The translations under genes were made by a program, and so were the position numbers. From positions 1-64,000 of the IMG/VR virus record IMGVR_UViG_3300003690_000002: a stretch of DNA of 64,000 bases; one strand, 5' to 3'. This document shows positions 57,137-64,000 of the stretch, in pieces. This DNA comes from a virus. Position 1 is the first letter of the stretch; the number at the start of each line of letters is the position of its first letter. The notes under the pieces are model-generated. The model saw nothing but the letters and a program-made list of their open reading frames with translations, was not told the origin of the DNA and did no database searches.

Positions 57137-57144
57137 TAATTAGT
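57137..57144 (-). promoter_or_regulatory. Putative late promoter motif ACTAATTA
   Basis: Overlaps the gp25-like stop codon, 21 nt upstream of the gp6-like start. Confidence 0.4.
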
Positions 57145-57547
57145 TAAAAGATACAGGTAAGTCTATATCTAATATTTGAGGTTTATCTAATGGTACAAGC
57201 AAATAACGTATTCTAATATATAAAGTATTTATTGCTAACGTCTCATATCCAGCATCTTCTGATGTAAAAAAATTCATATCTATTATTTTTATAAATGGTA
57301 AATATTTTGTAATTTGCTGATTAATTTTCGCATATATCTCTCCCTCTATCTCATTTCCCTTGTGTTTAAATAAATAGTGCTTAAGACCTACGCCAAAATC
57401 TGGATTCATGACTCTTTCACCTGGGCTTGTTAAAAGTAACATTTTAAAATTTTGCTGTACAGTCTCTTCAAAATTTTTATTTAACTCATAGGCACCATCA
57501 GTTTCATCAGTCGCCAATGGGAGCTTGGGAGAAATTCCTATAGCCAT
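57140..57547 (-). CDS. gp25: Baseplate wedge / sheath initiator (T4 gp25 / P2 gpW-like)
   Basis: VQQNFKMLLLTSPGERVMNPDFGVGLKHYLF...INQQITKYLPFI. Confidence 0.92.
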   Translation of the reverse strand: MAIGISPKLPLATDETDGAYELNKNFEETVQQNFKMLLLTSPGERVMNPDFGVGLKHYLFKHKGNEIEGEIYAKINQQITKYLPFIKIIDMNFFTSEDAGYETLAINTLYIRIRYLLVPLDKPQILDIDLPVSFN

Positions 57548-57646
57548 TTTTTAATATTCCTCTTTTATACTAGTAAATACTATTTTTATTCATTTTTCTT
57601 AATGTTATTGAACTATAAAAGGCTTTTTATTTAGATTGTTTTGTGA

Positions 57647-60600
57647 TCAACAACCACCTGGATGTCCTGGGCAGCCTGCAGCAACCCATGCCTCAACGTC
57701 GCCTTCCCCGGTGCCGTGGTAATAGCCATGTTCAAATGCGAGCTTTTTTGCATATTCTTGAGCGACGGTGCCTGCGGTTTCTTGCAGGTCGTCCACTGGG
57801 TCAATCCAGGCTCTTAGTTCTGGCTCTAAATCATTATAGTCTTCGCCAAAAGTTGTAAGTATTGCATCTGTTAATTCTTCTTCTTCTTGCGCACACAAAG
57901 GCTCTTCAAGGGGTGAATCTGTAGAATCTTTACCTTTACAGTCGGGATATATATTCGTATATTTACAAAATGCCCATGTAGCCCAACCGATTGGAGTCCA
58001 TGGGCCTGGTCCGAATGGTGGGGGTATTCCGCTTTTCCATTTTGGATCAATCAAATCCGCTATTCCTCTTATCATTGTTATTGGAGTAGCTGTAATTATT
58101 GACATCAAATTAAATGATATATTTGGAATGCCTAGTGCTTTTTGTTCTTTTAATTGTTCGGGTGGTTGGTTTTGCCCTGCGGCTTCAAATGTATAATCAT
58201 CACTATTTAATAACATATCAAATAACTGCATCAAAGAATTCTTGGTGGATGCAAATGTCTCATCAAGCAAATCAATGTCAGACATATGTCTGTGATTATA
58301 AATTGCAAAGAGTGTCATTAACTTTTTCAGTGGAAAAGCTGAATCTGGAAGACCGGCGGCGGCCGCAGTGGCGGTGGCACCTGTAGTTGTCTCACCGGGT
58401 GTGTCAGTAGCTGTTTCAATGGTGTCTCCGGATGGTGGTGACTGACCCGTGGTGGTACCAGTTATGCCACCGATAGGACTTGATTCATTGGCAACACCAT
58501 CATCAGGCTGTATAGGTTGTTGAATAAGCCATGAAGCTTGTTCGCTGAATAAATTTTTCCACGTTTCTGTTTGATGTAATTTCTTTAATAGTTCCGCTTC
58601 AGGGTAAGTTATATCGAGATCTGTCCTAAATGTATCTTCTATTGGTATTTCAATGCTGATGAGAGGAACTGGAATGAATTTATACCTTTGCTTTGCTTTG
58701 GCGGCTATCTCTCCCTGCGCCCATTCATTAAGTGACCATCTTTCTATTGGGTTATGGTATACATAATAGCTTTTATTGTGCACATTACGAGGGACCTCAT
58801 AAGTTCCTTCTGTATGTGGGCTTCCGGCGTTTTGCTTGCCTTTGTCCGATGCCTGCGAGCCTTCCCACCCTAACGAACCGAGGTCTCCCAAGAGACCTCG
58901 CCCTTCCATGATGGCGCCCTCTGGGTAGTTTATTTTCATCATATTTGTCAAAGATAGAGTGAGGTCATTGTCGTTCTTGATGATCTTATCTATATCTTCT
59001 TTTGCCATTTCATAAGTATTTTCTAACTCATTTTGTGTTGGCATAATGTATACTAATCTTAATCCGTATTTTGCCTCTTTAAAAACGTCACTATATGTAA
59101 GATCAAGAATTTGTGGATAATTTTCTAAAGAATCCTTATAAGCGTCCACAGAGTTTTCGCTAGTATGATACTCTTGCTGCTCCGGGGGCATGGAATCGAT
59201 ATCGACGATCCAAGAATTTATTGGGTTGCCGTCAGCATCGGACGTATTATAAAGTGCCATGTTCTTTCTCCACTTTACTAAGTTTTCAAATCCAGGCATT
59301 GCCCAATTTATATATCTCATCCATTCCTTTATATTTACAACACCATAATAGTTATGGGTCTTCGAAGGGACAGAATATGTGTATCTAATCTTAACGGTGT
59401 CTGAAGCTGCACCTGGGGGGCTTAATTCTGTGGTTTCTTCGAAGTACTTCGCGCTCAGCTTGGCACCCCATGGTATATATGGGCTTAAGTCCTTTACACT
59501 AGATGGCTTGGTTCCCTCCGTTACACTTGGAAAACTTACTGTGGCGGGACCATGAGCCGATCTCAATCCCCACTCTTGAATGTCTCCTTTTTTGAGACCG
59601 GAGTAACTAGTTGATGGTCTTGCTCTTCTCGTAATACACTCAAGGAACATTTGGTATGCATGGCCTTGCGAACCGAGAAGATGTCCCTTTTCTAAGAGAT
59701 GAGGATATTTTGGGACTTTATTCACCGTTTTTGCGGCAGCGTCGGTCCAGTATATCTCTTTTTCATCATTAAGTTCTCCGCTTATCTTAACATAGCGCTC
59801 TAAAATAAATTTTCCATACATACGTTCATTAGTTCTATCTTCAGATACTGCGGAAACTATGCCCTCAAGTGCTTTTTGGTTTGCTTTTACTTCTGGAACA
59901 CCCGCCGGAGCAGCAAACCTTGACTCAAGAGCATGGTCAAATGTGGGCACAAAATCATCTAAAAACCCACCTACCCAGTGATTTGTTTTTGCGTTCGACT
60001 TTGTTTCTGTTTGACTCGGGGTATCTGTCCCAGGTGCAGTGTGTGTAGTAATTGCTGTTTGATAAAAAATGGGAGAATATATAGGTGTATCATATATTTC
60101 CAGAGCATCGCTTGAAAAGATTAGTTTAGAAAAAGCTTCATTAATTGAATTATACGTATTTGCGCTTACTTTTCTCAATGGTACTTCAAACTTTTCATTC
60201 AAGTCTGTGAAATCGCCCTGTGCGATATATCTTACTGCATCGGCAGAATCTTTAATTTCTATCGGGTTTCCCAAGCTATCTTTAAATACATATCCTAATT
60301 TTCTCATTCTTTCAATAGCATATTGTAAATGAAGAAAAAACTGTTCGCTTAATGGAGGAGAACCTAGTCGCATTCTATCTTTATCATCATCGAGCGTATC
60401 CGGAATTAAATTAATTAAATATTCCATAAAAATCTTATCATCAAATATATCTTTTGAATTAAATTCCGAAAATAAAAATATATTTTTAAGAATAGCTTCA
60501 AGAACGTGTAGACGAATTAATAAACGAATAATTACTTCCATGTTTGCTAAATTAAACACTTTATCAACCGGCTGTAGACCTGGGATGTTTGCTGTAATAG

Positions 60601-63600
60601 CAGAAAAGTCTTTTGTGATACAAGCTAATTCTTGCATAATTTGATCTGCAAGTCCGGGAGATTTACTAATTTGAAGTAAATCTCCTTCTAGTAAGCAATT
60701 ATCTTCTACAATATCACCTATATCCATGCCAACACTCGGCGTAAAAGCTCCTTCTAATTTTCTTAGTGTTGGCTCTTCAAAAACTTTAGAATTTGTTATA
60801 TCTCTTGCTATCTGTAGCAATACACCTTTAAGTGTTTTTTGATATAACTTCTTTTTAATCATGGCAGTAAAATTTATAATATGATTGTTAGACACAATAT
60901 TGGAATTTGCAAACCCAAGTCCTGCCATGATGGCTTGAGAGAATAATTCTGCTTGTGGTGAATATTCAGGGTTCCCTTCACCATGATAACTTGCCCCAAT
61001 AATATCTGTTTCGTTAAAAGTCGGAGCTGTAAACATCGCATCTCTCTGTGGGTATGCTACTTGACTAATCCCATCTTCCAATGACAGTTGCCACTTTCCT
61101 TTAACAAATTTGGTTATTGCCGAGATATCGCTTGATTGGTGTGGTAAGCGTAAAATAATTTTCTTTCCAGACATCCAACCATCCGGGGCAAAGGCTATTG
61201 TTGTCATAGCTGCTGCCACGCCTGTTTCAATATAGGCGTTTTTAGCATAAATACTGTTTCTATCGATTAATTTTTCTCGAAGTTCTGGCAACACCTTTGC
61301 CTTTTTCACTTTCATATCTGCCAACATTGATTCCGGGGACGTCTCAGTCCCACCCGCCAAACTTTGAAGGGTATTAGTCGTCTGCATATCCATAACGCTT
61401 ACACCTCGGCTGGATAAAATCATAAGTGGAACAAAAGATTCAACATCTCCGTTAAAAGATAAAGATACAGTTCTATACATTCCATCCATTGCCACTTCAT
61501 TTGAATATTGTGATGAAGCTGGCAATGGTACTGCTGCACCACCAATACATGGAAAATCTATCTCTATGTCTGGATTTTCCATAAATCCCATTAAATTTCT
61601 AATTTGCTCACTTTTTCTTTTTTTTGCTGAATCGAGCTGCAATCTTACTAATTCAGGATCTAAATTATTTGTCCCGAGTTGGTCTCTAAAGGTTTTTTCA
61701 ACATTGATTAAGTCACATTCATCTATTGCAGGATGTTCCAAAAAGGCAGAAAGCGGGTTCAATAGCTCACAAAAATCTAAATTAACAATCTTTCCAAATT
61801 CCACAAATAAATCTATAACTTTATTTCGCGATCTTAGTTGCTCTGCAAGGTGTGGATATTTAGCTTTAATAATGTTTTGTACTCTTCTTACGGTAGTTGA
61901 GCTTGCATTTCCTTGTAACATATCACAAAGTTCTGTTGGTAATAGCACTAATGAAATATCTTCTAACATTGCAGGCAGAGTATTAATATCAAAATTTAAT
62001 CCAAATTTTGCTAGAATATTAGCGGCAGCGGCAAGATTATAGTTGTCATTATTATAATCTGAAGCTTGATTAATAAGGTCCATTAAATTTTCTTGTTCTA
62101 CGTATTCCTCTTCATCGAATAATCCAGCCAATTTATCTCTAAGCCACTGGCAGGCTGCCAATAATTCTTCCAAAACCCATTTTATACCATCCAATATTAA
62201 ATCAGTTAATAGATCTATCAAAAATTTTTCTAATTTTTTATAGAACCACTTGTTCAAATCTTCCATATTTATTGTTTCAGGTATTCGAGTTTTAATCTGA
62301 GGAAGTTCTGAAGCTTTGTTACTCATAGCTTCGTCGGCATTTTTTGCGCCCTCTTGGGCATCTTTTGCCTTCTCTTCCTCTTTTTTCTCCGAGGTGGGCT
62401 CGCCCTTAATTGCGCCCTCAGCAGCCTCTTCCACGTTTTTAAGCCCTTTTCTGTTTAAATATGGTGCTATTAATTTACCAACCTTTGGAAAAATTATAGA
62501 CATCTTTTGACATAAGCCTTTTTTTGCCAGGTCGTCTAAAAATTTCAAAGCATCTAAAAACCGCTGATTTGCATACTCCAAGTTATCAGAACCCGGATTG
62601 AGATTAGCATAAAGAGGAGTATTAAGATTATGATCTTTTAGATTTTGTTTTAGTTTCTTTTCTTTTGCTCGGTTTGATCTTTCTTCCGCTTCCAAACCTT
62701 TTACTATTAATCTTTGATTCTCTAGATCTAATTCTAAATTTTTCAGCTCTTGCAATTGAGGGGCAACGGTGTAGCTCCATTGGTCCAATTCATATTCTGA
62801 CATGGCATCAGGCGCAGTTGCCAAGAGTGGGAGTGATAGAGAGGCTTTCATTTCTTTTAATAATGTTTGAAGTTGTTCATACTCTAGATATGCCTCATTG
62901 GCTGCTATATACGATTCTAATGTAGCCGCTTTTGCGTCTAGCCTTTGTAAGTTTATAGCTTGGCGTTTACTCTCATGATTTTTTTTGTTTGTGTGTACTT
63001 GATTAATAGCATCTGCTAACCCTTCGGAATTGTTCATCATTTGATGTAAAATCCCGTCTGGCTCTCTAAAGAGATAATCGGAATATCCAGCTTTTTTAAA
63101 CGCTTCAACAAACTCCTCAAATCCAATTTTATCCAGAACAAACTTACATGCTATCACTAACAGCTCTTCTAGTGTCATATCCAAAGATAAACATGAAGCT
63201 AGTTGAGAAGCTAACATTGTAATATCTGTCCTATTTAAAAGATTCTTATAAAGATGATCCAACTCTGGAACGCCTTGAACATCTCGTTCAAAATCTTTAG
63301 CTAAGTCATCAAAAACTAACTCGGCTACTGGTTTTTGAGAAAGTGTTATCCATTTTTTAACATTCTCATTTAATAGTTCTTCTTCGGTTTTTTTTTGTGT
63401 GGCTGTTTTGTAAGGCTTGTTGTTCATCATTCTCTCAAGCCTTTCGGTTTGAGCATTTCGTTCCTCTTTGGATATTTTTTCTGGTGCTCTAGGTGCTGAT
63501 GGGCGTGGGGTTGCCATCCAACGAATAGTTACCGGTGGAACTGTTCTTATATATCTTCTAACAAACTCCGTCCATGGAACTTCACTTAATGGTTTTCTGG

Positions 63601-64000
63601 TAAATAAACCATGAGTCATCCAATATGTATAAAATGCTAATGCATTTGTGGTAGGAGAATCGCCAAAGTTCAAATGTATACAAGACAATCCTATGCCACA
63701 GAATGTCCCTGACCATGCTGGTGACTCCGGACTGTCTGGATCTCCATATGTCATTTGTATTAACTGCGGTGCGCCAAGAACCATTGCTTTTTTTACTACT
63801 TTAGTTTCTGATTCGGGTGCAGGCCCCAAAGTGTTATCACCATCATCAACTGCTCTGATTGCAGTTTGTGTCTCGCTATCTTCTTCGTCACCCCAGACAG
63901 ATGGTAATTTATGACCTGTAGCAACTGCCTTCGGATCGTTATGAAAAAGTATGTATGATATATTAAATGGATGACCAGCTAGGGTTATTGGGTCTTCATA
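57647..64000 (-). CDS. Very large hypothetical protein, 5' end outside window
   Basis: The frame of ORF 57647..63829 stays open for 57 more codons to position 64000 (YEDPITLAGHPF...DNTLGP). The tracked start is an internal TTG, so the protein is over 2117 aa. Confidence 0.8.
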   Translation of the reverse strand, partial: YEDPITLAGHPFNISYILFHNDPKAVATGHKLPSVWGDEEDSETQTAIRAVDDGDNTLGPAPESETKVVKKAMVLGAPQLIQMTYGDPDSPESPAWSGTFCGIGLSCIHLNFGDSPTTNALAFYTYWMTHGLFTRKPLSEVPWTEFVRRYIRTVPPVTIRWMATPRPSAPRAPEKISKEERNAQTERLERMMNNKPYKTATQKKTEEELLNENVKKWITLSQKPVAELVFDDLAKDFERDVQGVPELDHLYKNLLNRTDITMLASQLASCLSLDMTLEELLVIACKFVLDKIGFEEFVEAFKKAGYSDYLFREPDGILHQMMNNSEGLADAINQVHTNKKNHESKRQAINLQRLDAKAATLESYIAANEAYLEYEQLQTLLKEMKASLSLPLLATAPDAMSEYELDQWSYTVAPQLQELKNLELDLENQRLIVKGLEAEERSNRAKEKKLKQNLKDHNLNTPLYANLNPGSDNLEYANQRFLDALKFLDDLAKKGLCQKMSIIFPKVGKLIAPYLNRKGLKNVEEAAEGAIKGEPTSEKKEEEKAKDAQEGAKNADEAMSNKASELPQIKTRIPETINMEDLNKWFYKKLEKFLIDLLTDLILDGIKWVLEELLAACQWLRDKLAGLFDEEEYVEQENLMDLINQASDYNNDNYNLAAAANILAKFGLNFDINTLPAMLEDISLVLLPTELCDMLQGNASSTTVRRVQNIIKAKYPHLAEQLRSRNKVIDLFVEFGKIVNLDFCELLNPLSAFLEHPAIDECDLINVEKTFRDQLGTNNLDPELVRLQLDSAKKRKSEQIRNLMGFMENPDIEIDFPCIGGAAVPLPASSQYSNEVAMDGMYRTVSLSFNGDVESFVPLMILSSRGVSVMDMQTTNTLQSLAGGTETSPESMLADMKVKKAKVLPELREKLIDRNSIYAKNAYIETGVAAAMTTIAFAPDGWMSGKKIILRLPHQSSDISAITKFVKGKWQLSLEDGISQVAYPQRDAMFTAPTFNETDIIGASYHGEGNPEYSPQAELFSQAIMAGLGFANSNIVSNNHIINFTAMIKKKLYQKTLKGVLLQIARDITNSKVFEEPTLRKLEGAFTPSVGMDIGDIVEDNCLLEGDLLQISKSPGLADQIMQELACITKDFSAITANIPGLQPVDKVFNLANMEVIIRLLIRLHVLEAILKNIFLFSEFNSKDIFDDKIFMEYLINLIPDTLDDDKDRMRLGSPPLSEQFFLHLQYAIERMRKLGYVFKDSLGNPIEIKDSADAVRYIAQGDFTDLNEKFEVPLRKVSANTYNSINEAFSKLIFSSDALEIYDTPIYSPIFYQTAITTHTAPGTDTPSQTETKSNAKTNHWVGGFLDDFVPTFDHALESRFAAPAGVPEVKANQKALEGIVSAVSEDRTNERMYGKFILERYVKISGELNDEKEIYWTDAAAKTVNKVPKYPHLLEKGHLLGSQGHAYQMFLECITRRARPSTSYSGLKKGDIQEWGLRSAHGPATVSFPSVTEGTKPSSVKDLSPYIPWGAKLSAKYFEETTELSPPGAASDTVKIRYTYSVPSKTHNYYGVVNIKEWMRYINWAMPGFENLVKWRKNMALYNTSDADGNPINSWIVDIDSMPPEQQEYHTSENSVDAYKDSLENYPQILDLTYSDVFKEAKYGLRLVYIMPTQNELENTYEMAKEDIDKIIKNDNDLTLSLTNMMKINYPEGAIMEGRGLLGDLGSLGWEGSQASDKGKQNAGSPHTEGTYEVPRNVHNKSYYVYHNPIERWSLNEWAQGEIAAKAKQRYKFIPVPLISIEIPIEDTFRTDLDITYPEAELLKKLHQTETWKNLFSEQASWLIQQPIQPDDGVANESSPIGGITGTTTGQSPPSGDTIETATDTPGETTTGATATAAAAGLPDSAFPLKKLMTLFAIYNHRHMSDIDLLDETFASTKNSLMQLFDMLLNSDDYTFEAAGQNQPPEQLKEQKALGIPNISFNLMSIITATPITMIRGIADLIDPKWKSGIPPPFGPGPWTPIGWATWAFCKYTNIYPDCKGKDSTDSPLEEPLCAQEEEELTDAILTTFGEDYNDLEPELRAWIDPVDDLQETAGTVAQEYAKKLAFEHGYYHGTGEGDVEAWVAAGCPGHPGGC

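Noticed and set aside
63827-63829. Start of the 2060-aa ORF at 63829
   Set aside because: It is an internal TTG without an SD, and the frame is open to the window edge.
1-64000. Tailocin / extracellular contractile injection system interpretation
   Set aside because: Capsid, portal, terminase, protease, primase and recombination genes are present, so this is a phage genome segment.
1-64000. Stop-codon reassignment (alternative genetic code) as in some large phages
   Set aside because: Conserved genes are intact in code 11, coding density is near complete, and TAA, TAG and TGA all end genes at sensible positions.
1-64000. tRNA genes, CRISPR arrays, diversity-generating retroelement, IS elements
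   Set aside because: Intergenic gaps are too short, and no cloverleaf, repeat-spacer array, reverse transcriptase, template/variable repeat pair or transposase was seen by eye. Dedicated scans would be needed to exclude them formally.

Overview
This window is an AT-rich segment of a large tailed phage (Caudoviricetes) with a contractile tail and T4-like (gp-numbered) morphogenesis genes. Essentially all real genes are on the minus strand. In transcription order (right to left) it encodes: (1) a very large unknown protein that begins outside the window; (2) a baseplate locus with gp25-like and gp6-like proteins, a 3233-aa gp7/P2-gpI-like LamG protein, several large unknown proteins and two pairs of paralogues; (3) a small DNA-metabolism island (RuvC-like resolvase, primase, fused Mre11-Rad50/SbcD-SbcC, FmdB-type zinc ribbon); (4) a beta-helix protein and a cluster of small membrane or secreted proteins; (5) terminase, portal, core proteins, prohead protease, ribosomal protein bS21, a probable head fibre, scaffold and major capsid protein; (6) neck proteins, sheath, tube, tail assembly chaperone, tape measure and a tube-initiator-like gene cut by the left edge. 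The most notable observations are an unannotated start-less gp51-like reading frame reachable by a +1/-2 frameshift at a U7 run at the end of the gp26-like chaperone, an apparently split and duplicated tail-fibre attachment domain (P2 gpH/DUF3751-like), a recurrent ACTAWTTA motif upstream of late genes, candidate capsid-targeting N-terminal peptides, and bS21 in a phage whose genes use strong Shine-Dalgarno sites. No tRNA, CRISPR array, intron/intein or mobile element was seen. Family assignments come from motif recognition by eye, not database searches.
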